Origin: Narcine bancroftii
Taxonomy: Eukaryota
Length of the DNA: 64,000 bases
Assembly (NCBI RefSeq): GCF_036971445.1
Contig: NC_091480.1
Location: 12,958,001 to 13,022,000, forward strand
Direction: 5' to 3'
How positions within the stretch are numbered: the stretch's first letter is position 1; each line of letters starts with the position of its first letter. The notes below the pieces were generated by a model. The model saw only the letters and a program-made list of their open reading frames with translations, did no database searches and was not told where the DNA came from. Of this stretch, positions 37,187 through 49,295 are shown in pieces. The translations under genes were made by a program, and so were the position numbers.

Positions 37187-37996
37187 CCGGCTTGTTTTGC
37201 AGAATGAACCAAGGAACTCTTATCTAAAACATTACTTAGAGGAGGTTTGGAATTCCATAGGTTGTGACATTGAAGAAGTATGCCTCAACTTACAGCACAA
37301 AGCCCAGCCAGTCTTTTCCAGCATTTCTACTCCAAGTCTCACCCAGCTCTCTTCACATCATCGCCTGGTCACAATCCTGTATGCTAATCCAGGCATACGC
37401 CTTAATCAATCCCAATGAGAGCAAGTTCTTGCCAACCTCCAAATGAAGACATTTCACCTGAATCTCTCATTGAATGTATTAGTGACCACCTTATAAGTAT
37501 GGCCATAAAAGCAAGAACCGGTATACAGACAGAAAGTTTTCCCCCATTAAAACACAGAACAACACAGGAAAAGGCCCGTTGGCCCATAACATCTGTGTTC
37601 AACATGAAGGGAATTTAAATTAATTCCATCTGCCTGCTTTTGATCTATAATCGCTACATTCCTGTCTGTTCATAGGCCTACATAAATATCTCTTAAATGT
37701 TGCTATCTACCACCTCCCCTGGCAGCATGTACCAGGCATCTGCCACTCTCGACACAAAAAAAACTTCCTCCCTCACCCACATTAAATCTATTCACTCAGG
37801 TATTAAACCATTTTCACCCATTCACAACACTGCAAAACCAAACCATCCAAGCCAAAAAGTTATCGATCCCACGCCCACCAAGAGTAAATAAATTCCTCTA
37901 TAGCCAGATTGGGTCCAATCCAGGATCAGAAAACAAAGACTTTTAATGTAACCGAAATGGGTTGAACTTTCAGAAGTCAGCTCTGAAGATGCAGAT

Positions 37997-38334
37997 NNNN
38001 NNNNNNNNNNNNNNNNNNNNNNNNNNNNNNNNNNNNNNNNNNNNNNNNNNNNNNNNNNNNNNNNNNNNNNNNNNNNNNNNNNNNNNNNNNNNNNNNNNNN
38101 NNNNNNNNNNNNNNNNNNNNNNNNNNNNNNNNNNNNNNNNNNNNNNNNNNNNNNNNNNNNNNNNNNNNNNNNNNNNNNNNNNNNNNNNNNNNNNNNNNNN
38201 NNNNNNNNNNNNNNNNNNNNNNNNNNNNNNNNNNNNNNNNNNNNNNNNNNNNNNNNNNNNNNNNNNNNNNNNNNNNNNNNNNNNNNNNNNNNNNNNNNNN
38301 NNNNNNNNNNNNNNNNNNNNNNNNNNNNNNNNNN
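37997..38334. other. Assembly gap (N run)
   Basis: 338 Ns; the right flank is GT/GA-repeat-like. Confidence 0.99.
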
Positions 38335-38594
38335 AGTGTGTGAATGTGATAAACAATGTGTGAGGCAGAGTACGTGAGACGGAGCGTGAGAGAGTGCGTA
38401 CACAGAATTTCCAAGTAACAGACTTTAATGGAAAATCACCTACATTCAGTCCATCATTAAATTCAAATTGAAAGACATATTTCAATGTTTTTAAATATTC
38501 AAAATTCCTATTTTCCAAAATGAACTCGAAGGTCTCATCCTGTGACCAACAAGGAAGTTTATAACCAGATAATTAATATTGAAAAATCACTCAC

Positions 38595-38642
38595 CTCTTC
38601 TACAGTGAGAGGCATGCAGATCCTGTATTCTTTCAGTAACAT
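38595..38642 (-). CDS. PITPNC1: First coding segment (16 codons) of cytoplasmic phosphatidylinositol transfer protein 1 (RdgB-beta family)
   Basis: Minus strand reads ATG TTA CTG AAA GAA TAC AGG ATC TGC ATG CCT CTC ACT GTA GAA GAG|gtgagt = MLLKEYRICMPLTVEE. This matches the vertebrate PITPNC1 N-terminus (MLLKEYRICMPLTVDE), with a canonical phase-0 donor after codon 16. Orthologue versus paralogue cannot be resolved from 16 aa. Too short for the ORF track. Confidence 0.9.
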
Positions 38643-38883
38643 ATTGCTAAATCAGTCTGAGAGGAATAGAAACTGTGGAAGGCACTCTTAAAATGATCTC
38701 TTCTGAAACCACTGTTGATTAGCTGATGTCATGCATTAGTCTCGTCACCACGATGAATATTATATAAAAAGCAATTGTGCTCGGTCTGCAATCTGGTGGC
38801 GAAATGGTGTGCAAACGGCAAACACTCAGCTCCCTGAGGGACGATCTTCAAAGGTAGGATGTAAACGTTCAGCTTATGTTACT
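38595..38883 (-). other. PITPNC1: Probable full exon containing the PITPNC1 start codon (5' UTR plus 48 nt CDS)
   Basis: Strong acceptor on the minus strand, gtatttgtcttttccttctcccgtcag (AG at plus 38884-38885). A second possible acceptor, tttctattcctctcag, has its AG at plus 38657-38658. Confidence 0.55.
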
Positions 38884-39139
38884 CTGACGGGAGAAGGAAA
38901 AGACAAATACAAGCCCATTTAAAAAGGTGTAACTGAGAACGCACACATACATTCACGTTGATTAAAACTTTTGCTTGATGAACTTGGCAACGCTGAGTTT
39001 CAGTGCTGCTGTAGACAAACATGCCATGTCGGCATGTCAGGGTTAGATTAATCTAGCATCTTGTGGCAAAGGTCAGGAGAATTGGCTCTTGGGAGACCGT
39101 CCAATGACTCAACAACAGCAAAACTTTGAAGCCTTAAAT

Positions 39140-39415
39140 TAGTGGTTCTCAACCTTTTTCTTTCCACTCACATAGCACTAAGTATTCCCTACGCCAGAGG
39201 TGCTCTGTGGATTGCTTAAGGTGGTATGTGAATGGAAAGAAAAAGTTTGAAAACCACTGTTTTAATCATCCCTAATAGACTCGTTATGTGCACGGTTTCA
39301 TAACTCCAAAGGAAATGCGCCAATGACATTTTTTCTTAAGCAATATATTTCAGGAACAATTGGGTCTGCAGCAGTGATTCTCAATCTTCCCTTCCCACTC
39401 ACATCCCACCTTAAC
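39140..39415. mobile_element. Truncated inverted copy of the composite hAT-like MITE
   Basis: One full palindromic unit, the reverse-complement spacer and part of the second unit. Confidence 0.75.
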
Positions 39416-40747
39416 CACTTCTTCCAAACCTCTAGGAAAGTTACCAGCCCCAAACTTTATTCAGGTCAGAAAGGTAGTGAAAATTATTATTTTTTTTTTA
39501 AACAAAAAGGAAATCCATAGAATAGATTACATGTGTAAAATATTAGGGCTTTCCACAAGTTCAAAACAAATGAGAGGTGGCCGCAGTGGAGATGAAAATG
39601 GGAGGTTTGACTTCTCTGATACTCAACCTATTCAGTCCTACTGAATCCCACAACCCCCACACACGTGCACAGTAATGTCATGAATTAAAATAAACCTGAG
39701 CAATTCAGGAAAAGTGTAAAATAAATGATCGTTTGTAAAAGGCTATTTTTAATTACCAGGATATGTTTTCATTTTGTTTCCAAAAGGTAACATTTTCATC
39801 TGTGGCTCATCTCATCATAATCCCCAATGAAAACGACTAGGAAGGAGCACTTTCATTCCTTGCAGTTCTTCCTGAATACTGAGGTTATGAGGTAGCTGGC
39901 CCAAACAGAGCGTGTAATTTCCCGTGTGTCAGCATTGCCAAGTGTTGGAATTTGAGACATGTGTCAGAAGCCCATGTTTTGGACATTTAATGCAAATCAG
40001 TTTAATGCTGGAGTTGTCAACTTTCAATGCCTTGGTGCAGACAATCAATGTATTCTTATTTTGGGGTGGCCTGGGGGGGCACAGGCACTCACCACTATGC
40101 TCAACGCCTCCCCCTCTACCTACCCCAACCTCTCAGTGAAAGCCACTTGTGCACATCTGTGCCCGAGGAAACAACCCTTCCCACGCAGTCGTTACTTCCC
40201 ATAATTCTGAACCAAAAACTGCAGCCTTCTTGTCATTTCCTCGCCAAATATTGCCTCTCAGAAACCACAGATGCCATCGCTCAGCAGTGCAATTATTTTT
40301 TACTCGGGCACCGAGCCTCGTGCATGCAAGAGTTTTAACCCGACCTTTCCACGCTAGTGTTTGGGTTCCACACAAAACCTCTTTTTATTGCAATTTCATT
40401 TCTTTCTCTCACATCTGCTTATTGTTGAACGTGTCCGTGTTTCTCCTGCCTTACTTCTAAAAGATCGAGATTAAATCTAAAGCATTAAGGCTGGAAGGTA
40501 ACACATTCAATGCAATTATTCAGTAGTTTGTTCAACAATTAAATCTAAAGTTTTATCTTCAAATTTAGAACAATTTGCAACAGCCTACTCTTTGCTCTCC
40601 ATTATTTATGTACTGAAATTTTACTAGAATATTTCCGTTGTTCTAAAGTTTAAAACAAGAAAAGGTCATGATTTATTAAATTTCCATTCAATGCCAAATA
40701 GAACAATGTTCATCTTCCCCACCACCAAAATACATTGTTTGAAAGGT

Positions 40748-41428
40748 CTTCTTTGGCTTGGCTTCGCGGACGAAGATTTATGGAGGGGGTAAAAAGTCCA
40801 CGTCAGCTGCAGGCTCGTTTGTGGCTGACCAGTCCGATGCGGGACAGGCAGACACGATTGCAGCGGTTGCAAGGGAAAATTGGTGGGTTGGGGTTGGGTG
40901 TTGGGTTTTTCCTCCTTTGCCTTTTGTCAGTGAGGTGGGCTCTGCGGTCTTCTTCAAAGGAGGCTGCTGCCCGCCAAACTGTGAGGCGCCAAGATGCACG
41001 GTTTGAGGCGTTATCAGCCCACTGGCGGTGGTCAATGTGGCAGGCACCAAGAGATTTCTTTAGGCAGTCCTTGTACCTTTTCTTTGGTGCACCTCTGTCA
41101 CGGTGGCCAGTGGAGAGCTCGCCATATAATACGATCTTGGGAAGGCGATGGTCCTCCATTCTGGAGACGTGACCCATCCAGCGCAGCTGGATCTTCAGCA
41201 GCGTGGACTCGATACTGTCGACCTCTGCCATCTCGAGTACCTCGACGTTAGGGGTGTGAGCGCTCCAATGGATGTTGAGGATGGAGCGGAGACAACGCTG
41301 GTGGAAGCGTTCTAGGAGCCGTAGGTGGTGCCGGTAGAGGACCCATGATTCGGAGCCGAACAGGAGTGTGGGTATGACAACGGCTCTGTATACGCTTATC
41401 TTTGTGAGGTTTTTCAGTTGGTTGTTTT
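40748..41428 (-). mobile_element. 5'-truncated RTE copy with an intact C-terminal frame
   Basis: ORF 40803-41477 reads NNQLKNLTKISVYRAVV...CNRCNRVCLSRIGLVSHKRACS; reverse tail cttctttggcttggcttc. Confidence 0.93.
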
Positions 41429-42345
41429 GTACAGGCAGCTGAAATGGACATTGTCTGACCAGACACCTCAGGTGCACTCATTTTCATTCAGCGTTCACAT
41501 TTTACAGAGTAAAGAACTTCACCACTGCCCCTGCACCCCCCCCCCCAACATATGTCTGGACGTTGGGTTCAATCAACAGCCAATGCCTGCACTTGCCTTC
41601 CTGAGCTGTCCATGTGTCACAAAATACTGACCACCAAAAGAAGAACTGCAGTGGAGATTTTCAGTTCACAGTCCTAATTATTCTGATGAAAACCAAGAAA
41701 CCAGAATTTATTTCCTCTCTCCATGGATGCTTCCTGACTTGTTGCTTTTTTTCCAGTTAATAAATACTTTACAATGTGTGCATTTGAACCTTGGAGAAGC
41801 AACCAGACCTGTAACTGATATTCAAAACATCCTGCACCTATGAATATATAAACAGAAAAGTAAATTGGAGACGGAAAGACTGACGTTGCTGGGATCAGGA
41901 GCAAAAGTACAAATTGCCGGAGGAACTCAGTGGGTCCAGCAGCATCTATGGAGGTGGTGGTGGTGGTGTTCAGAGGCTGAGCCAGGTTCTAAAGTTAGGG
42001 GGAGCGAGCCCATAAGAAAATGGGGCTGCAACACAGACTAGATGGCAGGCCGCACTGATTTTTCAGCAGCGTTGGATCAGAGCTGGGTATGGGGGTGCGG
42101 AAAGCAGTGAAGGACCGGAGCAGGAGGGGGAGCAGACCAGAGCTGGGGGGGGGGGGGTGGTGTGCTTTTGAAAAATGTGCTGTCTTCCTCACTTCCCTAG
42201 CTATGCCCACTGGTGACGTTTCAGGCCGAGACCTATGTGCATCATAGCCATGAGGCTACTTTAATACTGTACAGGGTTAACTGAGACACAGAAGTATCTT
42301 CTTCTTGGGCTGTCCTGGAGGATCCATTCCATTCCTGTGGGTTTT

Positions 42346-42815
42346 GTGCTGTCCTGGGAAGAGATTACCATTTGACCAAAGGAAAGTCTCCCAAGGAGTA
42401 TGTGGAGGTCACAAGGAAAGAGAATCTATTTTTTGGGGGGTCCGGGCAGGAGGTGGGAAAGGTTTTCTTTGTCCCGGATGTGGTACTTCACGGACGCTGA
42501 AAATGGAGAAGGGGCATTCGGGATGGCACTGAGAACCAAGCCGCTGACTCTGCCATGTGTGGGGCAGGAGTTGCTTGATAGGACAGGTGGTTGGATGTGG
42601 AGCACTGCAGCTTGGTTCTCAGTGCCATCCCGAATGCCCCTTCTCCATTTTCAGCGTCCGTGAGGTACCACATCCGGGACAAAGAAAACCTCAGCCCCGT
42701 CCTTTCCCACCTCCTGCCCGGACCCCAAAAAATAGATTCTCTTTCCTTGTGACCTCCACATACTCCTTGGGATACTTTCCTTTGGTCAAATGGTAATCTC
42801 TTCCCAGGACAGCAC
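42346..42815. repeat. Long near-perfect inverted repeat (arms 42346-42541 and 42610-42815, 68-nt spacer)
   Basis: Direct comparison shows two substitutions, a G6 versus G4 run and one ~10-nt insertion in the right arm. Confidence 0.95.
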
Positions 42816-43855
42816 TCGCAACAGATTTGCCATTTTAGGAGACTGATGTCGGGGCATGTGAGAGATGTGAGCTGCCCATTGCAATTGACTGAATGGGATC
42901 ATGGTTTCAAGAACTGGATTGTTGATCCAGGCGAAGTTGCCTGATCCTGGATTTGGAGGATCTGAGCAAACAGTATCATCATCTAAAGGTGAAACGAGAT
43001 CTGGACAGTCATACATGCACCTCTGCCCATGCACACACATGGTATTTAGATGACAGGAAGCAGGTCAAATCGTTGACTTTATGTAGCAAAGATAAAGATA
43101 CATCACCAACGTTTGGGGCTTGAGCCCTTCAGTAAGCACACCATCAGAATCCTCAACGAGGAACTCAGAGACTTATTTAAGGACTCTTACTTGTCCACTT
43201 GATGGATTGATTTTCTTTTGTCCTCTCTGTATTGCACAGTCGTTGACATTCATGATCGGTTGACATGTTTCCACCGTCGACAGTTTTCATGTTTTTTGCA
43301 CTCCCCATTAGTGGTCGTTCTGCAGGGAGGAAAGGAATCTCGGGGTGGTATGGGCTCCGACAGTAAATCGGAATCTACCCTGGTGAAGGGCTCAAGCCCC
43401 CAAACATTGGTTGCGTATCTTTAGCTTTGCGACCTGGAGTCCACGGGTTGACCTGCTGAGTTTCTCCTGCGTTGCGTTTTTACTCCAATCACGGGGTCTG
43501 CAGACTTTCCTATTTTACTCCTTAATAAGTAGATGGGTACTTGACACGTCAATATTAGCGTCCCGTCTCCAAATAATACATTACAGGTACGTTATATATA
43601 AAGCAAGACACAGCTCCTTATAAATACAAACACGGACAACTCAAGTCTTTCACACAAATCCTCAGAGGGGGGAAAAAAAGCAGGGGACAGAAATGATCGG
43701 TATCGAGGGAACCCCCATCGTAACAGAACAGTGGGCGCATTTTAACCAGAGAGGTAGAACTGCCTTACGATTATTCCCGACTCGCTGAAGCTCCGGGCTT
43801 TGCCTCATCTGCTGAACGATCTCAGACGACAATGCTTTGCATCCCCCACTTCCCA

Positions 43856-44560
43856 CCAGTGTAACACGCTGCAACTAAAGAACCCCCCCCCCCCCACCCT
43901 TCCCTTCCCCTCCCCTCCCTTCCCTTCCCCTCCCCTAAAGCCCCCCCCCAGTGTAACACGCTGCAACTAAAGACCTCCCCAGACTTTCCCCTAGACCCCC
44001 CCCAGCCTTTCCCCTAGACCCCCCCCCAGCCTTTCCCCTAGACCCCCCCCCAGCCTTTCCCCTAGACCCCCCCCAGCCTTTCCCCTAGACCCCCCCTAGC
44101 CTTTCCCCTAGACCCCCCCCCCAGCCTTTCCCCTAGACCCCCCCCAGCCTTTCCCCTAGACCCCCCCCCAGCCTTTCCCCTAAAGAACCCCCCAGCCTTT
44201 CCCCTAAAGAACCCCCCAGCCTTTCCCTTAAAGACCCCCCCGCCTTTCCCCTAAAGACCCCCCCAGCCTTTCCCCTAAAGAACCCCCCAGCCTTTCCCCT
44301 AAAGAACCCCCCAGCCTTTCCCCTAAAGACCCCCCCAGCCTTTCCCCTAAAGACCCCCCCAGCCTTTCCCCTAAAGACCCCCCCAGCCTTTCCCCTAAAG
44401 ACCCTCCCCACCCTCCGTCCCCAAAAGACACCCACCCTCCCCTTCCCCGAAAGACCCCCAGTGTAACACGCTGCAACTAAAGACCCCCCCACACCCTCCC
44501 TTCCCCTAGACCCTCCTTCCTCCCCTTCCCCTAAAGACCCCCCCCAAGACACCCACCCAC
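43856..44560. repeat. C-rich minisatellite (~21-nt unit ccccccagcctttcccctaaaga)
   Basis: About 20 units at ~43975-44400, bracketed by three copies of ccagtgtaacacgctgcaactaaaga (43856, 43948, 44458). Confidence 0.93.
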
Positions 44561-44639
44561 CACGAACTGCTGCATTTATTACCACCCCCTCGCCCCCCCC
44601 CCCAAAAAAATCCAACATTATCCAGCACCATGATCGCAT

Positions 44640-45400
44640 TTCAAACCCGAACAAAGTCACGGTCACGTTGGGCTTCGTTTTTTTTTAAAGAAAAGCTAAA
44701 CCTGCCGCAAATCATTCAATTTTAAACCCTCCCCCACCCAGCCGACACGTTCCGAACAAAGCGAGACTGACCCGTGGAGAATTCGGCAGAAAGTGCGTCC
44801 TCCGGATCAATGAGCTGCATTGGTGGGGGTGGGGGAGGGGGGGGGGGTCTTCGCTCTCGGTCTCTCCCCCCGGGGAACTAAAGTGCTGCTGCTCGCCTGC
44901 CCTTCAAAGGTGGCCGCTCGGGTTTGGAGAGCGGCGCGCAAACTTTGTCGCGGGATGGCCCGGGCCAGCAGCGCGCATTGCTCGACTGGAAGTGGCCGCT
45001 GCGTCCCGTCCCCCCCCACCCGGCTCCGCTCAACTCTCCATGTCGCTCTGGACTCTTTAACTCTTCCCTTGCCTCTCTATCCCTTTCGCGTCGTGGCTGG
45101 AACCCCCGAGCTCGTTGACGCTTCCCTCTCGGGTCCCGTGGCGAGATGCCGAGGAAGGAGGGCTGCCTCCTCCCGAGGTTCGACCCTGCGCCGCCCGGCA
45201 TCGGGGGGGACGGAGCGTGGAGCTCGCTCCTGCCTCCTGCAGGAGAGCCCGGGCAGTTGCGGCTGCTGCTGGGAGAGCCCGGTGGCTGGGCTGAAGGGTG
45301 CGATCCTGCCCGCTGGGGCTTCACCCTCGCTCCCTGAGCGACGTTCGCAAGCCCCGAAGATCTGGGAGCCCATTCCATCCCTCCCACTCAGCCCAGATGG
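44640..45400 (-). promoter_or_regulatory. CpG island: putative promoter and non-coding first exon of the PITPNC1-like gene
   Basis: The only non-repetitive GC- and CpG-rich block in the window, about 6 kb upstream of the coding exon. A minus-strand donor-like site CACGG|gtcagt puts the exon edge at 44772. Confidence 0.6.
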
Positions 45401-45424
45401 CTCCCCTGGACCACTGACTCATCA

Positions 45425-45810
45425 AAAAAACCTGCTTTAAATAGACCCAACAATCTGGCTCCCACCACCCCCTGGCTCAAGATTTTTTTTGAAATAGACC
45501 CCCTTTTATCCTGAAGTTGTGCCTTCTTGTCCTGGCCTCCCCCACCCTGGGAAAGAACCTTGGCCCATCTCCTCAGTCCAGGCCTTTCCTCATTGGACAT
45601 GTCTCGATGACATTTCCCCCCCCCCCCCCCATCCTTCTGAACTGCAGCCCAGGTGCCCACAAACATCTCTTGTTTGCGAACCCTTTCATTCCTGGTATCA
45701 TTCTTGTAAATCTTCTCTGAACCCTCTCTAACGCCAGTACGTGTTTTCTCAAATAAGGTGCCAAAAACTCACCTGGTGCTTTATTGTCTCAACATGACAT
45801 CCCTGCTCAT
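45425..45810 (-). mobile_element. CR1-clade fragment bordering the CpG island
   Basis: APYLRKHVLALERVQRRFTRMIPGMKG. Another minus-strand CR1 fragment lies at ~31145-31590. Confidence 0.78.
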
Positions 45811-45988
45811 GTATCCCTTGCAAAATGAATGCCCACAGTGGGTACCCCTCCAACATCAAACTTCTGGACAACAGGCTCAAGTCAGAGACTCATTTCTTTT
45901 TTCTGTATTATTTCACAGTCAGCTTGTTTACATGTCTCTGTTTATATTTCTCTCTTTTGTATACGTATCTTTTTCCTTGTGTACAATT

Positions 45989-46733
45989 GAAGATTCAAGG
46001 GTCCTTTATTGTCATGTAATAAAACAGGCAAAAATTTGCTTAAGGCAGACAGATTCACCGACAGCAGAAATTGCCGGGCTCCTCTTATCGTCCGCGTAAG
46101 AGAAGCAAAAAAGAGCTTCCCGCAAGTCCATGGATTCATCCCCTGCAACCTCTGCAGCCACACAGACTCCATCAGCAACCGGAGCTCGAGATCTGAATCT
46201 CCCGACATGATCTGCGCCCTCGGCACCCTCTTGCATCCCGCTTCCAATACCTGGTACCCCTTCAGCCAGTCTGCAGCCCTCTGACCGCAGTCGCCAGCAG
46301 CCCGCAGCCTGCGTGGATTCCTCAAGTTGACAGCAGCCCGCAGCCTGCGTGGTGTGTCCTTCAGTCGCAAAACATCTCCCTCATCCACTGCCGTGATTAC
46401 TGTCCCCTGGGTTGTCTCCTCTGATTCTCCTTCTCAGATGAGGGGTGGTCTCCTTGTATCTTGGTATCCTGAGCCAGTCTTCACTGGAGTCTGCAACCCC
46501 TCAAGGATGCTGCCAAACATAGGTGCCGCCATCTTGGGCCCAGACCCCTGCGGTTGCAGGATTTTAAAATAAACCACTGTCAGTCATTTAAAGTCTATAT
46601 GGAGCTGCCAGGAATCAGACTGGCAGTAGAACCCTGCAAAGGAGTCCTGTGTCTCTGCTCCCCACTTTCCCCATGACCACACTAGTGGCGCCGCTGCCGT
46701 TGTAGCAGTTCTGGCAGCACCGCCATTTTTCTT
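45989..46733 (-). mobile_element. Full-length ~745-bp non-coding retroposon with a LINE-like tail
   Basis: TSD tacaatt (45982-45988, 46734-46740); 5' aagaaaaatggcgg; 3' tgacaataaa...cttgaatctt. Homologous copies at ~22480-23090, 54345-55128 and 62590-63190, with partial ones at ~48880-49042 and 58415-58655. Confidence 0.72.
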
Positions 46734-49090
46734 TACAATTTATAGTTAAAGACAAGTAGAAATTCTGCCTGGCCCGCAGAAAAAAATTTCACAGGGTTGC
46801 ATGTGATGTCATGTATGCATTCTGACAATAAATTTGAACTTTGTCTATTTTAATAGGGCAGGTATGTAGCACACTCGCTGTGCGCAAAGTCTTTCGAAGG
46901 GGGAATAAAGTGTGTCACAGCCCTTTTAAGTCTGATGGCCAACTCTGCCATTTTCTGCTCTGCCGGAATTATGGGCATTTTTAAAAATGACTTAGTATAA
47001 TAGGTCCTTTTCTTTCCTGCTGAGAGTCGCTGATCTGACAAGTTAACTTTGCTTCTCTTTCCATAGATGCTGCCTGATCTATCGAGTATGTCCAGCACCT
47101 GCAGGGTTTTGGATTTGTTGCAGAATCTTGGCTGTTTTGTGGCCAATTTAGCGAATTCAGCCCAGTGTGTTGAATGACTGAAAATTTTCAATGGCGACAG
47201 CAAAAAAAAACATCAGAAGACTAAAGTACAAGAATGAAAGATATCAGCTAACAATAAAGTGGTACGATCAAGTGGTTTTTAAATGATAGCAAATGCTAGA
47301 AACAAAAAATAGAACAAGCAGGCTACAGGCAGGCCCAGAGGGCTGACTTCGATAGACCTGTTCCAGATCCGGAGCTGTAATGCTGGAGACCACGTTTATT
47401 TGATCTACTTGTTAGTGGTAATTAATCTACTGCTTATTAGCGTGCTGTGACTGCTCGAGATAGAGAGAGTTGATGGGTATTGCATGTTTAACCCTTGCTT
47501 TCCCAATTGGCAGTTGAGAATGTTCAGCAGCGATTTATTTCCACCTGATGCATAGTTATTTGTGTATTATTCTGGGTTACTCTGTGTGAGTGTATGGCCC
47601 TTTTGTGAATTCCCCTATGTGTAAATAAAGACCATTGTTTGTTTTAAAAAATAGAACATGCTGGAAACACACGGCAGGTCAGTGAAGAAAGAAACGGAGT
47701 TAATATCTCAGGAGTTTCTGACCTGCGGAGTGCTTCCAACATCTGTTTTTTTAGGGGCTTCATGGTTTTTGGAAGCGAACCACCAGGCGAGGACGAATTG
47801 CAGTCGGGCTTCGGGGCATGTTAAGTACAGAGTTTGACAGACATTGTAATCACAAAAGTTTCACTTTTCAATGTATTAGAATTGACATAAGAAAAGCTTG
47901 CAGCAAATATAGTTCAGGAAGTTGTGAATTACCTAATTTCCTGGGGCCTTCTCATCCACCGTTCGATTACCCTCATTCTTTTATCAATGAACCTATCCCC
48001 TTAATGTTGAAGATTCTGCCACTGGAAACAAACTCTGTTATTCTGTCAAAATGCTTCAAGAATTGAACCATTTCCTCCCTTAATCATGTTAGTTCTGAGA
48101 ACAATCCCAATTCTTCGGCTGGCTACATGATGGAGACATCCAGGTCAATCTCCTCCACATCTTCTCTCAGGCCGTAACATCAATTCCTAAAGTGGCCACA
48201 ATAACTTTCCTGGGAGTCTAACCAGCTTTTTTTTTAGAAAGGTTTAACATAACTTCCTTGCCGTCACAGTCATAATCAGTGAGTTATGCAGTTCAGAAAT
48301 GGGACCTTTAGCGCACCACATTCAGGAATATCCCATGTTCCTTATGCCCCATAACTACTTGAATTCCCCAAAAAATGCAATTTTTTAGACATACAGCAGG
48401 GTAACAGGCCATTAGGCCCACAAGTCCATGCCACCCAATTAACCCACAACCCCGCCCGGTGCATTTCGAATGGTGGGAGGAAACTGGAGCCCCCGGAGAA
48501 AACCCACGCAGACATGGGGAGATCATACAGACTCCTGACAGACAGCGTGGGATTTGAACCTTGCGCTAACTGCTACTCCTCACAATTGCCAAGATTAAAT
48601 TTTGCCGACCAAAGCTCGCACCTTCTTATCTGATGTGGGCTTGGACAACCTTCCTCATAGCCCTTAACACCAGCAATTTTTGTGTCCTTCATAAAATTAC
48701 TAATTCCACCTCCTACATCCACACCTTAGTCATAAAAATATATATCACGAAAAGCAAGGATGCCAGTCCTGATATCTTGTTATCCACTCAGAAAAACATT
48801 CACCTCCAGTATCTGCCTCCTAGAGCCAAGACAATTTTAGATCCAATTAGCCAGCTCACCTTGGATCTCATGTGGCCGTGGTGAATCCATGGATACTCAG
48901 TGGCTTTGAAGGAACTCTCTTTGTTTCTCTTTCCCTTGTACTGTAAGGGGTGCCAGGCAACACTGATGGCAACTCTTTGTCAGAAGGCAATTTTGTGCAA
49001 TATTAATGTTCTGTACTTTTACATGACAATAAAAGAATCTGAACCAGCTTACCATGAGAAACCTTCTCAAATACCTTTCTAAGGTCTATA

Positions 49091-49295
49091 CAAGTATACC
49101 CCACTTTACGAAACTAGAGCGTTCCTATGAAGCCTTTTGTAGGCTGAAATGGCGTAAAGTGAAAAACCATTCACTACCATTGAAGACTATTTTCGTATTA
49201 GCGAAAACCCATTCAAATTTCTTTCCGATAAACACAGGTTTCTTCGTAAAAGCAAATTTGCATAAAGCGAGTATTCGTAAAGTGGGTTATACCTG
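49091..49295. mobile_element. Tigger-like MITE, same family as 12228-12411, opposite orientation
   Basis: ta|caagtatacccc ... gggttatacctg|ta, with internal homology to the first copy. Confidence 0.78.

Noticed and set aside
44820-45440. 206-aa and 169-aa ORFs in the CpG island
   Set aside because: Low-complexity GC-driven frames on both strands with no recognisable homology.
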